Below are positions 9,996-19,836 of a stretch of 64,000 nt of DNA, piece by piece. The translations under genes and the position numbers were made by a program. Each line of letters opens with the position of its first letter. Position 1 is the stretch's first letter. The notes under the pieces are model-generated. The model searched no databases. It had not been told where the DNA came from and saw nothing but the letters and a program-made list of their open reading frames with translations. Origin of the DNA: an uncultured Acidobacteriota bacterium (lineage in GTDB: Bacteria; Acidobacteriota; Polarisedimenticolia; J045); NCBI GenBank assembly GCA_963702425.1, contig CAVPCQ010000035.1, positions 11,781-75,780 of the forward strand, given 5' to 3'.

Positions 9996-10099
9996 CGGGC
10001 CGGCACGGAGTGCCGGCCCCTACATGGGCGGGCCGGCACGGAGGCCGGCCCCTACATCCGGCGGGAGCACCGTAGGGGCCGGCCTCCGTGCCGGCCCGC
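9996..10099. repeat. Cluster of three GTAG-type REP palindromes (two direct, one inverted; BIME-like)
   Basis: Unit GTAGGGGCCGGCCTCCGTGCCGGCCCG at 10072-10098, with reverse-complement copies at ~9996-10023 and ~10028-10055, between sucA and sucB. Confidence 0.85.
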
Positions 10100-10101
10100 C
10101 C

Positions 10102-12930
10102 CTACGTCCTCGCCTCGACCGCGAACGCGCGCTCGACGAGCTGCTGCTGCTCGAGCGCGTGGCTCTTCGCCGAACCGGTCGCCGGGCTCGCCGACGACTC
10201 GCGCGTCACGCCCGAGAAGGGCCAGCGCCCGAACAGCGTCTCGCCGAAGCGCGCGCGGAAGGCGCGCCAGGCTCCCATGTTCTCCGGCTCCTCCTGCACC
10301 CAGACGACCGGCGTCCCCGGACGGTAGGGCTCGAACGCGGCGAGCAGCGTGGCGTCGGCCAGCGGGTAGAGCTGCTCGATCCGCAGGATCGCGACGTCGC
10401 GCCGTCCGGCTTCCTCGCGCGCCCTGGCGAGGTCGAAGTAGACCTTGCCGGTCGCGCACAGCACCCGCCCGACCTCCGCCGGCACGGTCTGCCCCACGTC
10501 GGGCAGGATGCGCCGGAAGCGCCCCGTCGCCAGCTCGCCCAGCGAGGAGACGACTTGCGGGTGGCGCAGCAGGCTCTTGGGGGTCATCACGACCAGCGGT
10601 TTGCGCAGCGGGCGGACCACCTGGCGGCGCAGCGCGTGATAGTACTGGGCCGGGGTCGTCGGCTGGATCAGTTGGATGTTGTCGTCGGCGGCCAACGCCA
10701 GGAAGCGCTCGAGCCGCGCGGAGGAATGCTCCGGGCCCTGGCCCTCGAAGCCGTGCGGCAGGAGCAGCGCCAGGCCCGACAGCCGCTCCCACTTGTCCTC
10801 GGCGCTGACCAGGAACTGGTCCACGATCACCTGCGCCCCGTTGACGAAGTCGCCGAACTGCGCCTCCCAGAGCACCAGCGCCTCGGGCATCTCGAGGCTG
10901 TAGCCGTACTCGAACCCGAGCACACCGGCCTCGGAGAGCGGGCTGTTGATGATCGCCACCGGCGCCTGGTCCGGTGCGAGGTGCTGCAGCGGCAGGGTGC
11001 GCGCCCCGGTCTTCACGTCGGTGATCGCGGCGTGGCGGTGGCTGAAGGTGCCGCGCTGCGAGTCCTGTCCCGACAAGCGCACCGGGTGGCCTTCCACCGC
11101 CAGCGTCGCGAAGGCCAGCGCCTCGGCGGCGGACCAGTCGATCGGGCGCTTGCCTTCCGCCATCTCCCGCCGCTGGCCCAGCCAGCGCTCGATCTTGGGA
11201 TGAGGCGTGAAGCCGTCCGGGAGGCGCGTCTGGGCCTCCAGCAGCCGTGCGAGCGTGCTCTCGGGCACGCCGGTGTCGACCTCGGGGGTCTTGTCGTCGT
11301 CCCCTCCGTGGTAGCCGCCCCAGGTGCCACGCAGCTCGTTCCCCTTGAGCTGGTACTCGGGGCTGCGGGCGACCGACAGCTCGCGCTCCAGGTTCTCGCG
11401 GCGCGCCCGCGCGATCTCGTCGGCCTCCTCCTTCGTCACGCCGGACAGCGCGAGCAGGTGGTCGAGGTACCCCTCGCGCACCGACTTTCGGCGCTTGATC
11501 GCGGCGTACATCAGGGGCTGCGTGAACTCGGGCTCGTCGCCTTCGTTGTGGCCATAGCGCCGGTAGGCGTACATGTCGATCACGACGTCGCGCCGGAACT
11601 CGCGCCGGTAGTCCATCGCCAGGTGGATCACCTGCGCGACGGCCTCGGGGTCCTCGCCGTTGACGTGGAAGATCGGGACCTGGAGCATCTTCGCCACGTC
11701 GGTGGCGTAGGTCGTCGAGCGCGACTCCTCGGGATCGGTGGTGAAGCCGATCTGATTGTTGACGATCACGTGCAGCGTGCCGCCGATGGCGTAACCCGGC
11801 AGCTCGCTCATGTTGAGCGTCTCCTGCACGATCCCCTGCCCGGCGAAGGCCGCGTCGCCGTGGATCAGGATCGCCAGGCCGCGGGTCCGCGAGGCGTCGC
11901 CGTGGCGCTCCTCCTTGGCCCGCGTGCGCCCGACCGCCACCGGGTCGACGAACTCGAGGTGGCTCGGGTTGAAGCAGAGCGTCAGGTGGATGCTGCGGCC
12001 GTTGCTGCAGGTGGTGTCCGCGCTGTACCCCATGTGGTACTTGACGTCGCCCCGGCCGAAGAAGTTCTCGGGGTCGTTGTCGTCGAACTCGCGGAAGATC
12101 TGGGCCGGGCTCTTGCCGACGATGTTGGCCAGCACGTTGATCCGGCCGCGGTGCGCCATCCCGAACACGACCTCGTCCACACCGTGCTCGGCCGCCGTCT
12201 CGACCGCGATGTCGAGCAGCGGGATCAGGCTCTCGGCCCCCTCCAGCGAGAAGCGCTTGGCCCCGAGGTACTTGCGCTGGATGAACTCCTCGAAGACGAC
12301 CGCGTCGGTGAGCTTGGTCAGCAGGCGCAGCTGCTCGTCGCGGGTCAGAAGGATCCGGTTCTGCGAGGCCTCCATCCGCTCCTGCAGCCACAGCTTGGGA
12401 CGGATGTCGTCGATGTGCATGTACTGCGCGCCGATCGAGCGGCAGTAGGTGTTCTTCAGCCGCTCGAGGACCTCGCGGAAGGTCAGCGCGCCGGGCGAGC
12501 CGGCGATCGTGCGCGAGGAGACGACCTTGTCCATGTCGGCTTCGGTGAAGCCGTAGTGGGACGGGTCGAGCTCCGGGTGTGGCGGGCGCGGCAGCCCCAG
12601 GGGGTCCAGGCGCGCGATCAGGTGCCCGCGCACGCGGTAGGCCCGCACGATCTGGTCGACGCGGTCCTGCCGGGCAGCGACGTCCGCTTCCTGGCGGATC
12701 ACGGCGCAGGTCTCGCAGGCGTCCTTCGTCGGGTGGAAGAGCGAGGGCGGCCGGAAGGAGGGGCCGTGGCGGGCCGGCTGGTCCATCGCCGGCAGGCCGA
12801 CGAAGTAGTCCCGCCAGGCCTCGGAGACCGACAGCGGATCGCGCTGCCAGTCCTCGTAGAGGGCTTCGACGAACGCGAGGTTCAGGGGGACGTGCTCGTG
12901 CTCGGGGTGGCGCTGTTCGCCGTCGCTCAT
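10102..12930 (-). CDS. sucA: 2-oxoglutarate dehydrogenase E1
   Basis: KRFSLEG, GMAHRGR, GDVKYH, NPSHLE, HGDAAFAGQG, RLSGQD, WEAQFGDF and GPEHSSAR. Confidence 0.98.
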   Translation of the reverse strand: MSDGEQRHPEHEHVPLNLAFVEALYEDWQRDPLSVSEAWRDYFVGLPAMDQPARHGPSFRPPSLFHPTKDACETCAVIRQEADVAARQDRVDQIVRAYRVRGHLIARLDPLGLPRPPHPELDPSHYGFTEADMDKVVSSRTIAGSPGALTFREVLERLKNTYCRSIGAQYMHIDDIRPKLWLQERMEASQNRILLTRDEQLRLLTKLTDAVVFEEFIQRKYLGAKRFSLEGAESLIPLLDIAVETAAEHGVDEVVFGMAHRGRINVLANIVGKSPAQIFREFDDNDPENFFGRGDVKYHMGYSADTTCSNGRSIHLTLCFNPSHLEFVDPVAVGRTRAKEERHGDASRTRGLAILIHGDAAFAGQGIVQETLNMSELPGYAIGGTLHVIVNNQIGFTTDPEESRSTTYATDVAKMLQVPIFHVNGEDPEAVAQVIHLAMDYRREFRRDVVIDMYAYRRYGHNEGDEPEFTQPLMYAAIKRRKSVREGYLDHLLALSGVTKEEADEIARARRENLERELSVARSPEYQLKGNELRGTWGGYHGGDDDKTPEVDTGVPESTLARLLEAQTRLPDGFTPHPKIERWLGQRREMAEGKRPIDWSAAEALAFATLAVEGHPVRLSGQDSQRGTFSHRHAAITDVKTGARTLPLQHLAPDQAPVAIINSPLSEAGVLGFEYGYSLEMPEALVLWEAQFGDFVNGAQVIVDQFLVSAEDKWERLSGLALLLPHGFEGQGPEHSSARLERFLALAADDNIQLIQPTTPAQYYHALRRQVVRPLRKPLVVMTPKSLLRHPQVVSSLGELATGRFRRILPDVGQTVPAEVGRVLCATGKVYFDLARAREEAGRRDVAILRIEQLYPLADATLLAAFEPYRPGTPVVWVQEEPENMGAWRAFRARFGETLFGRWPFSGVTRESSASPATGSAKSHALEQQQLVERAFAVEART

Positions 12931-13178
12931 CTCGTTCGCCCTGGTTCCGGCGCCGGGGACGCTGCGCCGTGCGCCGCCTTCCGACCGCGGAAGCCGTTCA
13001 TCTTAGCCGGGTTCCGAACGGGTGTCCGGCAAGGTCGCGCGCGCCCGGCGGCGGGGCCGCGCGCGGCTCGTCGAGGCATCCCCGCGCACAGCGATTGACA
13101 CCCCCCCCCCGACGCGCCTACAGATGATCCGTCCCCGCGTGGACCCGCGCGAGGTCCTCAGCCGAGAGGAGGCCCGCC

Positions 13179-15154
13179 ATGTCGATCGGAACCCCGTCGC
13201 CCCGCCCACTCGACCACCCGGACGGCTCGCCCTCCGGGCGTCGTTCCCGTTCCCGAAGCCCCCTGCTGGTCGCTGGCGGACTGGCCCTGGTCACCGCCGT
13301 GCTCGCCTCGGCCGGGTTCGCCGGCGCGGCCCCCGGCGCCGCGAAGAAGGCGAAGGCCCCGCGTGCGCTCGTCGTCGACTCGCTGGCCGACGATGCGGCA
13401 CCGGCGAACGGTACCGTGACGCTGCGATCGGCTCTCGCTCGGATCCGGCCGGGGGGGAAGATCACCTTCGCCCGCGCCCTCGACGGCGGGACGATCCGGC
13501 TCACGCTGGTCGGGGACGAGCACACGGTGCTGCTCGGCGAGACCTTCGCGCAGGGCAAGTTCCTCGAGTACGCGGAGCGGGACTACGGCCGCTCGGCCCT
13601 CTCCGTGCGCAAGAGCGTGACGATCGACGCCTCCGGACTGCCGCACGGGATCACGCTGGCCTGGGACGGCGGCGCAGGGGCCCGTGCCCGCGTCCTCGCG
13701 GTGTACGGCGACCTGGCGATGACCAACGTCACCGTCACCTCCGGCTTCGCCGAGAGCGCACCGACCGCCGACCCGTTGCAGCCCTGGACGCTGGCCCGCG
13801 GCGGAGGTCTCGCGATCTGGGGCACGGCCACGCTCCGGCGCTGTACCTTCGCCGGGAACCGCGTCGCCGGGGATCTCGAGGCGAGCCGTGACCGCGGCGC
13901 GTTCGGCGGTGCGATCTACGGCAACCGGCTGGTCCTGACCGACTGCGTGATCGCCGGCAACGCCGTCTCCGGGTACGGCGGCGCAGGCGGCGGAATCTAC
14001 TCGGTCGGCGGCGCGCGGATCACCGGCGAGTCGTCGCTGCTGCGCACGACCGTCAGCGGGAACCGCGTCTCCGCGCAGCACGCCTACGGCGGGGGGGTCT
14101 ACAGCGACGGCGGCGGGCCGGGGAACCGGAAGACGATCACGCTCGAGAACTGCACGATCGCGCGCAACCTGGTCGAGGACAACCCCGCCCTGCCCGAGCC
14201 GCCGGGCTCGCAGTACTACTACCGCGGCGGCGGCTTCTACATGTCCAACGGCTCGCTCGCCCTGACCAGTTCGACGATCGTCGAGAACGCGGTGACCGGG
14301 TTCCCGGCGATCTTCAAGGGGAAGCCGAACATGGGCGGGGGCGCGATCGCGGCCACGATCGGCGACGCCCACGTCGTGGAGACGATGGCGATCCGGCACT
14401 CGATTCTCGCCGGGAACACGCTGAACGGCGCCCCGAGCGACATCTTCACCGGATCGCTCCTGCACTTCACCAGCGACGGCTACAACCTCGTCGGCTCGCT
14501 GGACGCGAGCCAGATCCTGGTCCCGATCCCGCCCTGGTGGTCGCTCTCCCGCAGGCACTGGCCCAAGGTGGGCGACCAGGAGGGGGTGCCGCTGTCGGCC
14601 GCGGTGGCGCTCGACGAGATCGCGTTCGACGACGCGATCCTCTCCGTGGGCGTCGACGCCGGCGGGCCCGCCGTTCTCTGGTACCCGCCGGGAAGCGAGG
14701 CGCGCGACAAGGTCGCCCGACAAGCGCTACCGGGTCCCCGTCGTCATGGCGCAGTACCAGGTCGAGTCAGGGCCGGGAGGACGGTTCCTCGTCGCAGTGC
14801 TCGAGCGGCTCCGCACCGAGTACGCAGCCGAGCTGGGCACGACTTCGGCGAATAGTTCGGCGACGTCTCCGGGATCCCCTTCGTGCCCACCCCGGAAACC
14901 TGGCCGAGCGAGCCGGCCAACGCGCCGTGGATCCGGTTCTGGCACGACCTCGACGCGGCGATCGGCGACCGGCTCGGCGACGCGGGCCTGGGGGACGGGT
15001 TCTGGGGCCCGTTCGATGCGTTCCCGCCCGACGCCGGCTTGAAGCTGAGCCAGCGGCTGCTCGAACCGGTCGGTTCAGCCGACTCCTCTCGACCAGCGTG
15101 GCGAGCGGCGCCCGGCGCGGCGGGCGCAGCGACATCGGGGCGATCGAGCGCTGA
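13179..15154 (+). CDS. Secreted right-handed beta-helix protein with a CSLREA-like N-terminus and a choice-of-anchor-Q-like C-terminus; several frameshifts after ~14720
   Basis: Signal-like hydrophobic stretch, VVDSLADD...TLRSAL, repeated GGG(I/V)Y and TIxxN motifs. The end reads DQRGERRP / DIGAIER across frames. Confidence 0.75.
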
Positions 15155-15182
15155 TCCGGGAGAGATCGCGGCGGTCGCCGGG

Positions 15183-16995
15183 CTAGCCGGCGCCGCCGCC
15201 GCCGCCGCCCGAGCCGCCGCCGCCGCCGCCGGAGGCGCCGCCGCCTGCGCCCACGCCGGAGCTCTGGGCCGAAGCGACGATTCCCGCGAACGACCCGAGG
15301 GCCGTGCCGAGGCCGCCTGCGCCGCCCGCTTCACCGGACCCGTCGCCGCCCGCGATCGCCCCCGCGTACCAGCCGTAGTAGCCGGCGGCCTGCTCGCGCG
15401 GCAGGCGGCCGACGAGCGTGGCGAACTCTTTCGAGACCCCGAGCCCGATCGCCAGCGCGAACGCGGGTCCCCCACTCGCCCGGCGCGAAGCGCGGTGCGA
15501 GCCCCGCCTTCGCCTCCTGCTTCACCCGCGCGGCCCACGCCTTCCAGGCGTCGAACTCGCGCTGACCCTCGAGCGTGCGGCGCCGGAAGGCGACGGTGAA
15601 GACCGCGACCACGACGCCGCCGATCAACGCGGGGAGCGCGGGGGCAGGAGCGCGGGCCCAGGCGATCAGCACGGCCGCGGTCGTGAACAGCAGGGCGGCG
15701 ATCCCGAGGTTGGCGGCGATCGCTCCGGTCGGGCGGGGCTCGAACGCCGCGTGGCCGGCGTCGGTCTCGTCCACCAGCGCCTTCCAGCCCGAGAACCAGC
15801 TCGTGATGCGCTCGCCCGAACGGCGCGCGGCACCCGGCAGGTCGGCGAGGTCGAGTTCCTGGCCCGACGATCCGAGGCGGCGCAGGAAGTCCAGCAGGTC
15901 GGACTCGAACGGCACCAGCCGATCGGAGGTGCGCGGCGCGAGGCGCACCCAGTAGTGCGGCGTGCTGTGGTGCCAGCTCACGTCGGCGCGGTCCTCGACG
16001 ATCGACAGGTGGCCGCGCCGCGCGAGGTCGGCAATCGTCGCCCCGAGCGCCCGCGCGTCGACCGTTCCGTGCACGAGGCGCGCCACGAGCGCCGGCGGCC
16101 GGTCGGACGGGCACTCGCCGGGCGCCTGCGTCGGCGTCACCGCGTGGGGCCACGCGCTCCTGCGGAACAGCGCGAACGACCCCGCCAGGCCGAGCGCCGC
16201 GAGCACACTGCCGATGATCAGCGCCGGGCGGCGGCGCGCGGCGACTTCCCTGGCCTGGGCCCGCGCCCGGTTCGCTTCGTCGGCCCAGCGCCCTTCCTCG
16301 GCCAGGATCGCGTCCAGCCGCGGCCCGTCCGCGCTCGCGGCGAGGCCGGGCACGGCCGCCGGCGGGAAGACCGCGCGTCCCTCGAAGAAGGTGCGTCGCG
16401 GCAGCGGGGCAACGTCGAACCGAACGCTCCCGTCGGGCTCGATCCGGACCGCGCCGTAGAGCGGGCCGTGGGCCCAGGCGCGCAGCTCGGACGCCGCCAC
16501 CGGCTCGGAGAAGCGCAGGCGCGCGGTCACGGCGCCGATCGTCCGGTCCCATTCGTCGCCGACGAACTGGTGGTAGAACTGCGCCACCTCGGGGCCGCGC
16601 GTCACCGCGCCGGTGAAGGTGTACGAGAGCGTGAAGGCCCGGCGCTCGTCCCGGGCCCGGTAGTACCAGGTGACACGGACGCTGTCCGGCTTCCGCTCGA
16701 CGCGGAAGGTCCCCGGCTCCTCGCCGTCGCCGGGCGCGTAGGGGACGCCGGCCTCCGCGACCTCGAACCGGTCGACCGACTGTCCCGGAGCGAGCGGGAT
16801 GTCGCGGGTCGCGTAGCGGAAGCTGCCGCGGTAGTCGTAGACGATCGTCTCGACGAAGGCCGCGCGGCCGTCGGGCAGCACGAGCGCGTCGACATCGACC
16901 TGCGGCACGCTGTGGCGCTTGTCGGCGAGCGCGGGCGACACCGCGGCGAGCAGCGTCGCCGCCGCCATCGCCCCCAGGACCAACTGTCGTCTCAT
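15183..16995 (-). CDS. DUF2207 family membrane protein (frameshift near 15460)
   Basis: Signal peptide, ETIVYDY, AWAHGP, ATIADLARRGHL, TM helices, and a Gly-rich tail SGGGGGGSGGGGGGAG ending at TAG 15183 in a shifted frame. Confidence 0.85.
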
Positions 16996-17041
16996 CGGGG
17001 TCCTCGTGGTCGAGCGGGCCGACACCTTGGGCGGCCAGCCC

Positions 17042-17389
17042 TCAGAACAGTTCGGCGTACGCGCTGTCGCTGAAGCCGACGATCAGCGTCTTGCCGACCC
17101 GGAGCGTCGGCGCGCGCAGGTTGCCGGTCGGCCCGAGCAGCACGGCGAGCAGCTCGTCGTCGGTCGGCCGGTCCTTCCGGAGGTCGAAGGCGACGATCCT
17201 GGCGCCCCGGGCGGCGACCACCCGGTCGACGCCGCGGGCCAGCGCCAGCGCCTCCTTGCGGCCCAGCTTCGTCCGGCCAGCGTCGACCTCTTCCTCGACC
17301 TTCACACCGCGCGGCTCAAGGAACCCCTGAGCCTTCTGACAGCTCGTTCATCCCTTGCGCCGGTAGTACCAGTCGATCGTGTAGGCCAT
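17042..17389 (-). CDS. ArsC/Spx-like thioredoxin-fold selenoprotein (UxxC)
   Basis: MAYTIDWYYRRKG-TGA-TSCQKAQGFL...LLGPTGNLRAPTLRVGKTLIVGF is continuous in one frame through TGA at 17348-17350. GGAAGGGG RBS upstream. Confidence 0.9.
17313..17333 (-). promoter_or_regulatory. Putative bacterial SECIS hairpin
   Basis: GGCUCAGGG-GUU-CCUUGAGCC stem-loop starts 14 nt after the in-frame UGA and has a G/U apical loop. Confidence 0.7.
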
Positions 17390-17412
17390 GGGCATCCCCT
17401 TCCCGAACGATC

Positions 17413-17847
17413 TTACCCCCGCGAAAGGGGCAGCCCGGCGGCCTCCAGGAAGCTGACGAGCGAGCGGTCCGCACCGGACACGTGACCGGCGAGCCAGTCG
17501 CGCAGCAGGTGGATGCTGTCGAGCGTCCATCGGGTGACGCCGACCGCGTGGCGCCGCTTGAGGTCCTCCAGCAGTTCGATCGCGTGGTCGTGCTCCCGCG
17601 CATGCGTCTCGCGCTGCGGGAACCGGTGCCGCTCCATCAATAGCTGCTCGGACAGGAAATGGGCGCGGAGGTACTCGATCAGGCGGCCCACCGCCGCGTC
17701 GACTTCCGCCGGCTCGCGCCCCGCGGCGACGGCCTCGGCGACCGCGTCGATCAACTCGAACTGGACCCTGTGTTCCTCGTCGAGCTCGTCGTGGCCAAGC
17801 GCGGGCACGCGACGGTCGGGAGCGGCGGATGAGGGCTGAGGCACCAT
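17413..17847 (-). CDS. Single-domain bacteriohemerythrin
   Basis: LGHDELDEEH, YLRAHFLSEQLLM, THAREH and WLAGHVSGAD give a complete set of di-iron ligands. GGAGG RBS. Confidence 0.9.
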   Translation of the reverse strand: MVPQPSSAAPDRRVPALGHDELDEEHRVQFELIDAVAEAVAAGREPAEVDAAVGRLIEYLRAHFLSEQLLMERHRFPQRETHAREHDHAIELLEDLKRRHAVGVTRWTLDSIHLLRDWLAGHVSGADRSLVSFLEAAGLPLSRG

Positions 17848-17940
17848 CGGAACCTCCTGTCTTACCTGATTTCGATAGCGAGTATGCACCCGTCCGCCGG
17901 CGCGCGCGAACCGTGCGGCCGCCCGCTCGCCCATGGGAAG

Positions 17941-18963
17941 ATGCCGCTCGTGAAAGCGATCGTGATCACCCGCCCGGGGCCGCCCGAGGCGCTGGCCTTT
18001 CGCGACCTGCCCGATCCGGCGCCGGGTCCCGGCGAACTGCTCGTCGCCGTTCGCGCGACGGCGGTCAACCGGGCCGACCTGCTGCAGCGGCGCGGCCTCT
18101 ACCCCGCGCCACCGGGCTCGCCGGCCGACATCCCGGGGCTCGAGTTCGCCGGGGAGGTGCTGGGGGGCGATCCTGCCGGAACGGGCTTCCGGGCGGGCGA
18201 CCGCGTGATGGGGATCCTCGGCGGCGGCGGCTACGCGGACCGGCTCGTCGTGCCGGCCGGGCAGTGCCTCCCGGTCCCGCCGTCGCTCTCCTTCGCCGAG
18301 GCGGCGGCGATCCCGGAGACCTTCCTGACCGCCTTCGACGCGCTGGTGCTGCAGGCCGGGCTCGACGCCGGGGAAGTGCTGCTGGTGACCGCAGCCGCGT
18401 CGGGCGTCGGCACCGCGGCCGCGCAGGTGGCGCGGGAGGTCGGCGCGCTCGCGATCGGCACCTTGCGCACCGCCGCCAAGCGCGCGCGGGTCGAGCAGCT
18501 CGACCTCGGCTTCGCCGCGCTGCTCGACGCCGGGTCTGCCGATCTCGCGGCGCAGCTCGCGGCCACGTCCGGCGGGCGCGGCGTGAACGTCGTGCTCGAC
18601 CTCGTCGGCGCCGCCAGTTGGCCGCTGGCGCTCGACGCGCTGGCGCCGCGCGGGCGGATCGTCGCGGTCGGCACGCTGTCCGGCGCGCGGATCCAGCTCG
18701 ACCTGGCGACGCTGATGCGCCGGCGCGCGACGCTGATCGGGACCGTCCTGCGCTCGCGGCCGGCGGCCGAGAAGGCGGCGCTGACGAGCGCCTTCGCGGA
18801 GCGGATGCTGCCGGCGCTGGCGGCCGGGCGGCTGCGCCCGGTCGTCGACCGGGTGATGCCGTTGGCCGAGGCGGCCGCGGCGCACGCCCTGCTCGAGCGA
18901 AACGAGACGCTCGGGAAGGTCGTCCTGCTGGTCGGATCGCCGGGTAGCGACGCTACTCGCTGA
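17941..18963 (+). CDS. NAD(P)H-quinone oxidoreductase (zeta-crystallin/PIG3, MDR family)
   Basis: VNRADLLQRRGLYP, IPGLEFAG, AAIPETFLTA, AAASGVG, GTVLRSR and GKVVL. Confidence 0.92.
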   Translation: MPLVKAIVITRPGPPEALAFRDLPDPAPGPGELLVAVRATAVNRADLLQRRGLYPAPPGSPADIPGLEFAGEVLGGDPAGTGFRAGDRVMGILGGGGYADRLVVPAGQCLPVPPSLSFAEAAAIPETFLTAFDALVLQAGLDAGEVLLVTAAASGVGTAAAQVAREVGALAIGTLRTAAKRARVEQLDLGFAALLDAGSADLAAQLAATSGGRGVNVVLDLVGAASWPLALDALAPRGRIVAVGTLSGARIQLDLATLMRRRATLIGTVLRSRPAAEKAALTSAFAERMLPALAAGRLRPVVDRVMPLAEAAAAHALLERNETLGKVVLLVGSPGSDATR

Positions 18964-19759
18964 CCGCGATGAAGAGCTGCGTCCCCGACGCGCCGGCGGC
19001 GGTGCCGCCCAGCGCCACGACGCGCGCGATGCGCGAGCCGTCGTGGTTCCGGGCGGTGAGCATCTTCCCCGCCGCGCCGCCCGCATCACCCGACGCTCCG
19101 TAGCCGTCGGGCCCGGTGACCTCGAAGCCCGCCGCACCGAGCTGCTCGCGATACCAGGCGAGCGCGTCGTCCGGCGTCCCGTCGACCGTCAACGCAAAGA
19201 CCGCCGCCCCTTCGAACTCGGCGGGGAGTCCGGGGAACCCGGACGCCCCGACTCCCGTCCCGTAGCCGCCGGTCCCGGGGAAGACCGGCAGCCAGTCCGG
19301 GGCCGGGCCGGCGGCACCGAGGCGGGTCACCTGGCCGTCCTTCTCGACGGTCAGCCCCCCCTCGCCGGCGGCGATCTTCACGTCCCGGCCGCCGGGCCGC
19401 TTCAGCTCGAACTTCCCTTCCTTCAGCCGGGTCAGGTCGATCGTCGACTCCTCGCCGGTCTTGCGGTTGCGGACGAGGTAGCGGCCGTCGGCCTGGCGAG
19501 TGATCTCCAGCTCGGGGTTCAGGCGGGTGATCCACTCGACGGCCTTGGCGCCGGGGTCTTTGGCGACCTCCGCGGCCACCTGCGATGCCTTCCGGACCGC
19601 GAAATAGCCCGCCACGCCGACCAGGGCGACCACGATGAACGCGATCAAGGCGAGGGCCACGACGATCTTGACCAGGACGCCACCCCGCTGGCCGCGCCAG
19701 GCTCCGAGTTCGCGCGGGGACGGAAGCGCGCAGGGCTGCGGAAAACCTCCTTGGCTCAC
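18953..19759 (-). CDS. Hypothetical membrane-anchored protein
   Basis: One N-terminal TM helix (VLVKIVVALALIAFIVVALVGVAGYF), a PDWLPVFPG motif and GC3-rich codon usage. AGGAG RBS. Confidence 0.7.
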   Translation of the reverse strand: MSQGGFPQPCALPSPRELGAWRGQRGGVLVKIVVALALIAFIVVALVGVAGYFAVRKASQVAAEVAKDPGAKAVEWITRLNPELEITRQADGRYLVRNRKTGEESTIDLTRLKEGKFELKRPGGRDVKIAAGEGGLTVEKDGQVTRLGAAGPAPDWLPVFPGTGGYGTGVGASGFPGLPAEFEGAAVFALTVDGTPDDALAWYREQLGAAGFEVTGPDGYGASGDAGGAAGKMLTARNHDGSRIARVVALGGTAAGASGTQLFIAVSE

Positions 19760-19836
19760 TGCTTCGTCTCCTTATGTAAGGTCCGGCTCCTGGATTAGGA
19801 TCGCGCATCTTTCCGTTTCCGTCAGGAGCCCCCCTC

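Noticed and set aside
9996-10099. Short repeats as a mini-CRISPR
   Set aside because: Orientation is mixed, spacers are only ~4-16 bp, there are no cas genes, and the units match GTAG REP structure.
12931-13095. Riboswitch or sucA RNA motif in the sucA leader
   Set aside because: I recognised no conserved motif. The GC-rich hairpins are expected by chance, and an Rfam scan would be needed.
10024-13098. Long antisense and alternative-frame ORFs (e.g. 10024..13098 +, 36880..40329 +, 36698..40834 -)
   Set aside because: These are shadow ORFs caused by stop-codon scarcity in high-GC DNA. The real genes are identified by conserved motifs.
15185-15245. GCC trinucleotide run as a contingency repeat
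   Set aside because: It encodes the normal Gly-rich DUF2207 tail on the minus strand.
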